From positions 1 through 10,097 of the forward strand of contig JBBIMI010000029.1 of the NCBI GenBank assembly GCA_037444485.1: DNA of 10,097 nt, written 5' to 3'. The notes beneath the pieces were generated by a model. It was not told the DNA's origin. It did no database searches and worked only from the letters and a program-made list of their open reading frames with translations. Positions 1 to 7,307 of the stretch are shown piece by piece (the first letter of the stretch is position 1; each line of letters opens with the position of its first letter). The stretch comes from Candidatus Micrarchaeota archaeon (GTDB lineage: Archaea; Micrarchaeota; Micrarchaeia; Norongarragalinales; Norongarragalinaceae). The position numbers and the translations under genes are program-made.

Positions 1-1
1 T

Positions 2-934
2 AACTACCGCGGCATTAAGGCAGGCGCGCGCGTTGAAGACACGCTCACTATTTTAAAGCTCTTGCCGCTAGTGTTGCTCGCGATTCTCGGGTTTTTCTAT
101 TTTAATTCAAACAACTTGCTTCAGCCTCCAACGAGTTTGCCTGCAGCTGGCGGGAGTAGTGAAGGAATCGCGTTCGGTTTTCTCGCTGCAGTGATTCTCG
201 CTTTGTGGGCTTACCAGGGAGCTGAAATCATTACCGTGCCTGAAGAAGAAATGAAGAACGCGCGCAAGATAGTGCCACGCGCCGTACTCACCGCGTCTGG
301 TTCTGTCATCGTGATTTACGTTCTCGTTTCGCTTGCTGCACTCGGCGCAGTTGATTGGACGAAGTTTACGGGCTCGCAAGCTCCTTTGGCTGACGTCGCG
401 CGCGCGTTGGCTGGCGAGCCTGCAGGCGTTATTCTCGCGGTCGGCGGGCTCGCGTCGATTCTTGGCGCGTTGAATGCGGTGGTTCTCGCGAGCGCACGCA
501 TTTCTTTCGCGATGGCGCGCGACCGCTTGTTTCCGCGTTTTTTTGATTACTTGAGTCCGTTGCATGAGACGCCGAGCCGCGCGTTGTGGATTCACTATTT
601 TCTCGCGCTTGGCGTGACGCTGGTTTTCCGCGATTTTCCTGCTCTCGCGAGCGTCGTAGTGTTGTTCACTATAATTCCTTACTTGCTCAGCAGCGTTTCA
701 GCGCTAGTGCTGCAAAAGCGTTTTCCTGAAAAGGGAGTGCTGCGTTCAGGCAAGATTCCAGTAATCACGGTAATCGTTTCGCTTGCGTTGGGGGGCTACG
801 CGGTTTCACAAAACCCGCTCGCGTTCGCTGCAGTGATGGCGTTCGGCCTCGCGTTTTACGCGCTGCACAAGAAAACTTCGCGCCGCCCGCCGCATTCAAC
901 GCGAGCGCGCCCGCACGCGCACACTGCTAGTTAA
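2..934 (+). CDS. APC-superfamily amino acid/polyamine permease, 5'-truncated by the window edge
   Basis: The frame is open from position 2 (NYRGIKAGARVEDTLTILKLLPL...), so the TTG at 62 is internal. It carries APC-type motifs WAYQGAE, EEMKNARKIVPRA, SARISFAMARDRLFP and HETPSRAL, plus many hydrophobic helices. Stop TAG at 932-934. Confidence 0.92.
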   Translation, partial: NYRGIKAGARVEDTLTILKLLPLVLLAILGFFYFNSNNLLQPPTSLPAAGGSSEGIAFGFLAAVILALWAYQGAEIITVPEEEMKNARKIVPRAVLTASGSVIVIYVLVSLAALGAVDWTKFTGSQAPLADVARALAGEPAGVILAVGGLASILGALNAVVLASARISFAMARDRLFPRFFDYLSPLHETPSRALWIHYFLALGVTLVFRDFPALASVVVLFTIIPYLLSSVSALVLQKRFPEKGVLRSGKIPVITVIVSLALGGYAVSQNPLAFAAVMAFGLAFYALHKKTSRRPPHSTRARPHAHTAS

Positions 935-1040
935 AAAAAATGAAACGTAATGCGGCCGGTTTTTATTAAACTCGCAAATGCATTAAATTGTTCATTAATT
1001 AAAATTGTTTGTTAATTAATTAAAGTATTAATTAAATTAA

Positions 1041-1083
1041 TTAGATTCATTTAATTTTAGATTCATTTAATTTTCATTTAATT
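1041..1083 (+). repeat. 16-bp tandem repeat TTAGATTCATTTAATT (2 copies plus a partial) in the AT-rich tRNA upstream region
   Basis: Copies at 1041-1056 and 1057-1072, with a partial TTCATTTAATT at 1073-1083. Several TTAATTAA palindromes precede it. Confidence 0.8.
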
Positions 1084-1088
1084 GGAGA

Positions 1089-1200
1089 GCCGGAGTGGCA
1101 GAACGGCAATGCGCCAGCCTTGAGCGTTTTTAAAGCAAGTAAGGCACAGAGAGCTGGTTCCCGTCCAACGGGATTGAGAGTTCGAGTCTCTCCTCCGGCG
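1089..1200 (+). tRNA. tRNA-Ser(TGA) with a 27-nt anticodon-loop intron (about 1125-1151)
   Basis: Acceptor stem GCCGGAG/CTCCGGC with discriminator G1200; anticodon stem CCAGC/GCTGG; loop CT-TGA-GA after removing 27 nt; long variable arm TCCCGT-CCA-ACGGGA; T arm GAGAG-TTCGAGT-CTCTC; no encoded CCA. Confidence 0.95.
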
Positions 1201-1218
1201 TTAACAACGTGATTTTTC

Positions 1219-1779
1219 ATGGTGGAGAAACTTAAAGAAAAAATAGATTCGCTGCGAAAAAAAATAATAGACAGTTTTTTCATTCGAGGTACTACCATAG
1301 GTCTTGCCTTCAAGAAAAAAATCTTTGCTTACGACAAGGCAGAGATTCCGGCTTACGTTGTACAGCCGCTTTACAAAATGGATTCAGGGGAATGGCTACA
1401 GCGTTTGGATGCGACGATTCACGCTGCAGTCGCGAGAAGCATTCAACACGCAAGATTCTCTATAGACTGGGAAAACTTGGAAGCGATTAAGGAAAAACAT
1501 TTGCCGGTGTTAATGGTTTTCGGACCACGCGGCGGTTTTTACTCTTTAGAAGCGTATAAAACGCTTTTTGGAGGCGAAATCAAGTTCGACACCGAATTCC
1601 GGCCGGTGCGAGAACGATACGAGTACGGCATAGTTCACGGCGTTGCAAAGCCGACTTTCCCTGAAACGAGTTTGGACTTTTCGCGCCGGTTCAACAAAAA
1701 AAAGGGGAAACGTTTGTCGAGATCAACAACCCTAAATTGTTTGAAGTCAAACTCACGAAACGAGAATTCGACAAAATAA
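1219..1779 (+). CDS. Hypothetical protein, probably the N-terminal part of one gene (1219-2171) frameshifted near 1696-1704
   Basis: 186-aa ORF with ATG start and protein-like composition. It overlaps the next ORF downstream of an A8G4 run. Confidence 0.7.
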   Translation: MVEKLKEKIDSLRKKIIDSFFIRGTTIGLAFKKKIFAYDKAEIPAYVVQPLYKMDSGEWLQRLDATIHAAVARSIQHARFSIDWENLEAIKEKHLPVLMVFGPRGGFYSLEAYKTLFGGEIKFDTEFRPVRERYEYGIVHGVAKPTFPETSLDFSRRFNKKKGKRLSRSTTLNCLKSNSRNENSTK

Positions 1780-2171
1780 TAAAAAAAATAAACGCCAAGC
1801 TCAAGAAAACTGGAATAGAGTCAATCGAGGAACTCGCGAAGCAATACATTTCAAGGAAAGTCGACGAAGAAAAATTATGGCGTAAAGCAATCCAAGCAAT
1901 GGCGGGAATGACAGAAATAAAGCCAGTCAAAAAACTCGCAAAGCAATACATTTCAAGGAAAGTCGACGAAGAAAAATTATGGCGTAAAACGCTCAAAGCG
2001 ACTGGACGTAAAGAATTCGAGAAAATCGGTTACGAAACTGGTCCTCTAAACCCGATGGAATACTTGTTCCACGAAGAAGCAAGCCAAGTGCTTTCAAACA
2101 AGTTCGTAAGACGAGGCTTGAAGTGGTTAGAGAAACACGTTTCAAAACAACAAAAACTAAAACAACGATGA
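1737..2171 (+). CDS. Hypothetical Lys/Glu-rich helical protein segment with an internal duplication, probably the -1 frame continuation of the 1219 ORF
   Basis: The frame is open from 1665, upstream of the slippery run. The only nearby start is TTG without an evident RBS. LAKQYISRKVDEEKLWRK occurs twice. Confidence 0.65.
   Translation: MFEVKLTKREFDKIIKKINAKLKKTGIESIEELAKQYISRKVDEEKLWRKAIQAMAGMTEIKPVKKLAKQYISRKVDEEKLWRKTLKATGRKEFEKIGYETGPLNPMEYLFHEEASQVLSNKFVRRGLKWLEKHVSKQQKLKQR
1831..1988 (+). repeat. In-frame intragenic direct repeat, 56 bp, 102-bp period
   Basis: 1831-1886 and 1933-1988 are identical except for one base (G1838/A1940). Confidence 0.95.
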
Positions 2172-2219
2172 ATAAAGACAACAAACAAAAACAAACAAAC
2201 AAAAACGAGTAAAGAATGA

Positions 2220-3020
2220 ATGAGAATGAATGCCGGAAAATTGAATGAAAAATCGGAGTTACTGGTTTTAGGCGATTTTCACGCTGCTACTCGCGAGAAA
2301 ACGCGAGAGTTAAAGAAAAAAACGCTGGCGGTAATCAAACAAGAAAACCCGAGTCACGTTGCTTGCACTGGCGACTTCGACCACCCGAGCATGGCGCTCG
2401 CGTGGAAGAAAATAGAAGACGAGTTGAAAAAAATAGGTAAAACTGTTGCGACTGTTCCAGGCAACCATGACCACGCTAACTTGAAAGGACTCAAAATAAC
2501 GTCTAAAACCTTGTACGAACAAAAACTTGAAGACAACTCTACGCTGCAAAAAGAATTCGAGAAAAACGTTGAAGCAAGCGAGTACGTTGATTCGCTGTTA
2601 AAGTCGAAAGTTAGAGTAATACGGTTTGAAAAAACGCGGTTCATGGTCGCGCACGGCGCTCTAGACGGCAGTCTCGAAAGCTATCCGTTCGCCCCGCTTG
2701 AACTAAGAGTTTTATGGTTTCGACTCGATAGTTCCCTCGACCACCGCGCGAACTTCGAGAAACTCGTTAAAACGAATTGCCGCGTGCTCTTACGCGGACA
2801 CGACCACGCGCCACAACACGCTTCCTTCAACCCAGCCAACGCTTGGCAAAGCATTAAAATCAATGCGCCCGACATTGAAAGCAAAACTTTTGAAATGGAT
2901 TTTAAAATGGATAAATGCGCGTTTCACACGGTCACCGCAGGCGCGTTTTACGACGGTTGCTACGCAATCATCACGCCCATGCGCGGCGGTTTTAAAGTCA
3001 CTTTCAAGAAAATAAAATAA
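2220..3020 (+). CDS. Calcineurin-like metallophosphoesterase
   Basis: All five motifs are present in order: GDFH, GDFD, GNHD, AHG and GHDH. Confidence 0.9.
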   Translation: MRMNAGKLNEKSELLVLGDFHAATREKTRELKKKTLAVIKQENPSHVACTGDFDHPSMALAWKKIEDELKKIGKTVATVPGNHDHANLKGLKITSKTLYEQKLEDNSTLQKEFEKNVEASEYVDSLLKSKVRVIRFEKTRFMVAHGALDGSLESYPFAPLELRVLWFRLDSSLDHRANFEKLVKTNCRVLLRGHDHAPQHASFNPANAWQSIKINAPDIESKTFEMDFKMDKCAFHTVTAGAFYDGCYAIITPMRGGFKVTFKKIK

Positions 3021-3056
3021 GATACTATTGGAACGCACAGTCAAAAAACGCGTAGT

Positions 3057-3094
3057 CAAAAACGATTTATATACTAGTACGTATTTACTAGTAC
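3057..3094 (+). promoter_or_regulatory. Candidate archaeal BRE/TATA promoter overlapped by palindromic TACTAGTA boxes
   Basis: CAAAAACGA-TTTATATA at 3057-3073. TACTAGTAC occurs at 3072 and 3086, with a degenerate TACCAGTAC at 3111. Confidence 0.5.
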
Positions 3095-3383
3095 GACGTA
3101 TTACTCGTGTTACCAGTACTTATTAGTCGTGCTGGACAGCAGTTAGTCACGCAGGACAGCAGTCGTACGAAGTAACAGTTAGTCGTGCGGTAATTTTTGC
3201 ATAAATTTTGCATAAAATACGCGAAGGAATTCTTTCTCTTGAAACATTTACCGTGAAGAGAAGGACAACAACGCGGTTAACCATAAACTATATTCAGTAC
3301 ATTCACAGTATTCACGTCGGGAAAATATAAAAAACGAAGAAAACAAACGCAAGGCGATTGAAAGCAGTTGAAAGGCGATTAAG

Positions 3384-3935
3384 TTGACTAACTTGTACGT
3401 CACGACGAGCCGCAAGCCATCACAATCAACGCGAAAGCTCGCGCGGTGGCTCGCGTTGTTGTGCAACGCGTCAAGCGAAAACCGCGGAAAGAAAAGCGTG
3501 GGCGAATGCGTCGAACGCGCCCACGCGCTCGGGTTGACGCGCTTATTGTTCGTCTACGAAAAACAAGGTAATCCCGTCGAACTCGCTTTCTACGACGCTA
3601 GCGCGCAAAACGAAGGCTGGCTCGAGCCCTCAATTAAAATCACTGGAATCTCGTTTCCAGAGAAAAAACAAAAACTCGGACGCGTTTTCAAGCACGTGCG
3701 CGTGACCTCGCGCGACGCTGAAGGCGACGAAATCAAAAAACTTTTCGCCTTCGAACAAGAACAAGAAGAGTTCGAGGAAGTAAGCGCGCGCGAACTCGTT
3801 GAAATCGTTGCAGGCGGCGGAAAGCTTTCTTTCAAAATAGCTGGAAGGCTGGTCGGGCCCGTGATGAAAATAAAACTGGAAAAAACGCTTGCACGCGGCG
3901 AGCGACTGCAAGCTGCAAGCGTTGACGGCGATTGA
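3384..3935 (+). CDS. Archaeal Brix/Imp4-like rRNA maturation protein
   Basis: The N-terminal YVTTSRKPSQSTRKLAR, NRGKKS and EKQGNP motifs are typical of archaeal Brix-domain proteins. It lies near prefoldin beta, as in the conserved archaeal cluster. Confidence 0.88.
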   Translation: MTNLYVTTSRKPSQSTRKLARWLALLCNASSENRGKKSVGECVERAHALGLTRLLFVYEKQGNPVELAFYDASAQNEGWLEPSIKITGISFPEKKQKLGRVFKHVRVTSRDAEGDEIKKLFAFEQEQEEFEEVSARELVEIVAGGGKLSFKIAGRLVGPVMKIKLEKTLARGERLQAASVDGD

Positions 3936-3948
3936 ATACGGCGATTGA

Positions 3949-4269
3949 ATGATTGTTGCGAGAATAGTAATCAAAGGCGTTGTGCAAGGCGTGGGCTTCC
4001 GTTGGCGCGTGCAACGCGCAGCGCGCGCGAAGAAACTTGGTGGCTTCGTGCGCAACCTGCCTGACGGAAGCGTGGAAGTTTACGCGAGCGCGCCAAGCGA
4101 AACCGAATTAAAAGAGTTCGTGAAACAAATTACTGCGCGGAATACCGCGCGGAACGCTGGACTCGGATTCGGGCCGCTCGTCAAGGAAACGCGCGTCTTC
4201 CGTAAAGGCGAAAAGGAATTCGGAAACCCGGGCGAGTTGCCCGAAGAATTCGAAATACGATTCGATTAA
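3949..4269 (+). CDS. acyP: Acylphosphatase
   Basis: Signature motifs GVVQGVGFR and GFVRNLPDGSVEV; 106 aa. Confidence 0.95.
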   Translation: MIVARIVIKGVVQGVGFRWRVQRAARAKKLGGFVRNLPDGSVEVYASAPSETELKEFVKQITARNTARNAGLGFGPLVKETRVFRKGEKEFGNPGELPEEFEIRFD

Positions 4270-4331
4270 TCGAATAAAAAAATAATGGGATAAAAAAAGA
4301 AAAAAATCGAGGAGAAGGAGTTGGTGTTCTA

Positions 4332-4760
4332 GTGGGAAAAGAATTAAGTGAAGAAACTAAGAACGAGTTGATTGAATTCCAGCAATTACAGCAGCAAATC
4401 CAGATTCTGCAAATACAGCGCCAGCAGACGCTCGCACAAATCGCGGAGTTGGATAAAGCGCGCGAGGAAGTCGAGAAAACTATTGATGCAAACGCGAAAT
4501 TATACCGCTTTGTCGGCTCGATAATCGTTCCAAAAAAGAAAGACGAACTCTTGAAGGAATTGAGTGAAGAACGCGAGTCGCTTGACGTGCGCGTAAACGC
4601 GTTCAAGAAACAGGAAGATAAGTTAAGAGAGCGTTACGACGCGCTGCGCAAGAAACTCGAACAAAAACTCTCGTCAATGCAATCCGCGCAAGCGCAGCCG
4701 GCGCCGGCTGCACTGAAAACCCGCGGCAAAACAATTAGTGAAGGCGCGACCGTCGCGTGA
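4332..4760 (+). CDS. pfdB: Prefoldin beta subunit, with a low-complexity C-terminal extension
   Basis: Gln-rich coiled coil (FQQLQQQIQILQIQRQQ), beta-hairpin LYRFVGSIIV, then a second coiled coil. GTG start after GGAGTTGGTG. Confidence 0.9.
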   Translation: MGKELSEETKNELIEFQQLQQQIQILQIQRQQTLAQIAELDKAREEVEKTIDANAKLYRFVGSIIVPKKKDELLKELSEERESLDVRVNAFKKQEDKLRERYDALRKKLEQKLSSMQSAQAQPAPAALKTRGKTISEGATVA

Positions 4761-4883
4761 GCAACCGCAAGGTGCTTGGCGTAACTGCTTGACGCAAGGT
4801 TTTTAATTCTTGACGGCGTTTATTACCAGTTTGCGGTTAGCAAACATTGTTTTAAAAAAAACACTTTTTTGTGGGGGGATTGA

Positions 4884-6125
4884 TTGGTAAAGAAAGGCAA
4901 TTTTTTGTTTACGTCGGAGTCAGTCACTGAAGGTCACCCGGACAAAATCATTGGATGAAGTTCGAGGTTTTCGTTTGATGAAGTTTGAAGTTTGTTTTCG
5001 TTTTTTCATCCTTTGACGTCTAAAATCTGTGACCAAGTAAGCGACGCGATTCTCGACGACTTGCTTCGCCGAGACCCAAAATCGCGTGTTGCAGTCGAAA
5101 CGCTTACAACCACTGGTTTAATAATGGTTGCAGGCGAGGTGACGACGAACGCTTACTGCGACATTCCAGGCGTCGTGCGCCGCACCCTCAAAGAAATCGG
5201 TTACACGAATCCGGAGTACGGGCTCGATTACGCGGACTGCGCGGTTCTAGTCTCGATTCACGAGCAAAGCCAAAACATTTCAGTCGGCGTCACCGAGACA
5301 AGCGTGCACGAGCAGGGAGCAGGCGACCAGGGAATGATGTTTGGTTACGCTTGCCGTGAAACGCCTGAATTAATGCCTTTACCGATAATGCTTGCTCACA
5401 AGCTCACCATGCGCATGACTGAAGTGCGCAAGAAAGGCATCCTTGAGTGGGTGAGGCCGGACGGCAAGTCGCAAGTCACAGTCGAGTACAGCGACGGCAA
5501 GCCTCTTCGCGTCGACACCGTCGTAATCGCTGTGCACCACAATCCAGAGGTTTCCAACGAGCAAATCCGCGAAGACGTGATTCAACAAATCATTAAGCCG
5601 GTTTGCGGCGAGTACCTCGACGCGAACACGAAGTTTTTCGTTAACGCCACCGGAATTTTCGTGGTTGGAGGGCCTGAAGCTGATTCTGGAGTTACAGGCC
5701 GCAAGATCATCGTCGACACTTACGGCGGCATGGGGCGCCACGGCGGCGGTTGTTTCAGCGGTAAAGACCCGAGTAAAGTCGACCGCAGCGCTGCTTACAT
5801 GGCTCGTTACATCGCGAAGAACGTGGTCGCGGCAGGGCTGGCGGACGAGTGCGAAGTGCAACTCGCTTACTCGATTGGAGTCGCGAAGCCAGTATCGATT
5901 TTCGTGAATACTTTCGAAACGAACAAGATTCCGGAAGAAAAAATTGTTGAACTAATCCAAAAACACTTTAAAGTCAAGCCAGCTGAAATCATTAAGGAAC
6001 TCGACCTACTGCGCCCGATTTACAAGAAAACCGCTGCTTACGGACACTTCGGCAGGCAAGACCCAGACTTTACTTGGGAACGCGTCGACAAAGCGGAATT
6101 GCTGCGCAAGGAAGCAGGACTATAA
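4884..6125 (+). CDS. metK: S-adenosylmethionine synthetase (bacterial/eukaryotic-type MAT), interrupted by a 78-nt insert; 387 aa if spliced
   Basis: TTG at 4884, after a G-rich RBS, gives [21 protein letters not shown]. The same frame resumes as [11 protein letters not shown] and contains [40 protein letters not shown] and AAYGHFGR. The ORF-track start at 4992 lies inside the insert. Confidence 0.96.
4946..5023 (+). other. Putative archaeal BHB/BHL-type mRNA intron in metK (78 nt)
   Basis: Two in-frame TGA stops (4956, 4986). The central helix GGAC 4940-4943/GTCT 5018-5021 is followed by AAA on each strand. Cutting after the second A of each restores GAC AAA ATC TGT. Inner stem GGATGAA/TTCATCC; exon-exon stem GGTCAC/GTGACC. 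Confidence 0.75.
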
Positions 6126-6138
6126 GAAACAAAAAATT

Positions 6139-6230
6139 AGGGAAAAAGAAAAGAAACAAGAAAAAAACAAAAAAAAGAAACAAGAAAAAGAGAACAAAAA
6201 AAACAAAAAAAAGAAACAAGAAAAAGAAAG
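6139..6230 (+). repeat. T-free A-rich low-complexity tract with a 31-bp direct repeat
   Basis: AAAAAAACAAAAAAAAGAAACAAGAAAAAGA at 6161-6191 and 6197-6227. Confidence 0.75.
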
Positions 6231-6301
6231 TGGGGCCGGAATAAAACCGAAACCGTTTTCGTATCTTGTTTTTTAACCCTAATTTTAACTCTAAAAAGGT
6301 T

Positions 6302-6598
6302 TCAGTGGCCCCAGATTACGGTACGCGTTGACTTGAACATGCGTCCGTCAAGTAGTTTGAATTGCTGGTAGTAGTACATGGAAGCGAAGAATGCGGGAAG
6401 CGCGATTATCGGCGCGTTAAACAAGCCCCAAACGCCGACTGCTAGGCCGACGATAAAATACAAGCGGTACTTGATGTGGTCCTTCCACAACGGAATGTAC
6501 TTTACTAAGTAATTGTAACGCGTGTCAGCAGCTAGCCAAGGCGCCTTCGTTTCCGCAACAACGCTTGAAACCTGCACTCCGCTTCCCAAATCCTTCAT
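6302..6598 (-). CDS. Small hypothetical membrane protein (two-helix hairpin), paralogue E
   Basis: 98 aa, ATG start. Motif TRYNYLVKYIPLWK is followed by a hydrophobic hairpin. Flanked by low-complexity intergenic DNA. Confidence 0.8.
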   Translation of the reverse strand: MKDLGSGVQVSSVVAETKAPWLAADTRYNYLVKYIPLWKDHIKYRLYFIVGLAVGVWGLFNAPIIALPAFFASMYYYQQFKLLDGRMFKSTRTVIWGH

Positions 6599-6771
6599 TC
6601 TTTAAAACACCCGAATTTTTCAAACTCTCTCTTTTTTCTTTTTTCTTTTTCAAAAGCTTCCTTTTTTTCAAAAATTTTTTCTTTTCCAATTCTTTCAAGA
6701 TTTTGTTTTTCCAAGTTTCAATGTTTTCTTTTTTTCAATGTTTTCTTTTTTCCAAAGTTTTCTTTCTTTCC

Positions 6772-6848
6772 AAGGTTTTTTCTTTTCCCAAAAGAAAAAA
6801 GCTTCTTTCTTTTCCAAGGTTTTCTTTCTTGTAAAGAAAGAAAAGCTT
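6772..6848. repeat. Two adjacent copies of the cluster's repeated hairpin
   Basis: AAGGTTTTTTCTTTT-CCC-AAAAGAAAAAAGCTT (6772-6804) and AAGGTTTTCTTTCTT-GTA-AAGAAAGAAAAGCTT (6816-6848). The second overlaps the stop codon of gene D. Confidence 0.85.
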
Positions 6849-7293
6849 ACACTGTGTAATACATTGCTTTTCCTTTGAACCATTCTAGGGACCAAGCGTC
6901 GTTGAGTAAGCGCTCGCTCCAGAAATGACCAGTCAAGTACGCGAATATTGCTGCGACGTAAACACTGAATCCTAAAGTGATTACTGTGAGCAGGAAAAAA
7001 ACGATTGCAAGAAAATAGGCTCTGTAAACCGTCCCTAAATTGCCTTCGCGCATGTCGCTGTTAAACCACTCGCTGAGAATGTTGCCTCTCGTCTTGACTT
7101 CCATGGTGTGGACGGGTTGGTCTTTGCCTGGGTGCATCGTGCCAACGCTAGCCATTGGAACGAACAAGTGTTCTGCGCGTGGCTCGCCGTAACCGTCACT
7201 CGCGTTGCTTGCGCTCGCTGGCTTTATGGCGCCGTTCGCCACGAGTGCTTTCACTTCATTAATGCTTGCGTTCTTGTTCAAAACTAGTTTCAC
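6847..7293 (-). CDS. Small hypothetical membrane protein, paralogue D (148 aa)
   Basis: Likely GTG start at 7293 (MKLVLNKNAS...) after GAGTGAGA, which avoids overlap with gene C; the ORF track extends it to 7374. Motif TRGNILSEWF is followed by a hydrophobic hairpin. Confidence 0.78.
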   Translation of the reverse strand: MKLVLNKNASINEVKALVANGAIKPASASNASDGYGEPRAEHLFVPMASVGTMHPGKDQPVHTMEVKTRGNILSEWFNSDMREGNLGTVYRAYFLAIVFFLLTVITLGFSVYVAAIFAYLTGHFWSERLLNDAWSLEWFKGKAMYYTV

Positions 7294-7307
7294 TCTCACT
7301 CTTTTTT

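Noticed and set aside
1804..2010. Diversity-generating retroelement template/variable repeat pair
   Set aside because: Upstream mismatches are A-biased but downstream ones are not. Both copies are in frame in one ORF, and there is no reverse transcriptase in the window.
2168..2212. 14-codon ORF across a CAAA microsatellite as a phase-variable N-terminus of the phosphoesterase
   Set aside because: An in-frame TGA at 2217-2219 directly precedes the phosphoesterase ATG, so fusion is blocked.
3306..3318. 13-mer CAGTATTCACGTC shared with 9023-9035
   Set aside because: One 13-bp match within 10 kb is near chance expectation, and it does not extend.
1200..3383. tRNA-anchored integrated element
   Set aside because: I saw no duplicate of the tRNA 3' end and no integrase in the window.
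4950..5027. TGA recoding or readthrough explaining the in-frame metK insert
   Set aside because: TGA ends other genes here (Brix, pfdB, genes A and E), and 26 extra residues in GHPDKICDQ would disrupt the active site. It is too short for an intein.
4944..5027. MITE with AAAATC target-site duplication inactivating metK
   Set aside because: Disfavoured but not excluded. The inverted repeat is not terminal, there is no second copy or transposase in the window, the rest of the gene is intact, and the BHB cut geometry restores the frame precisely.
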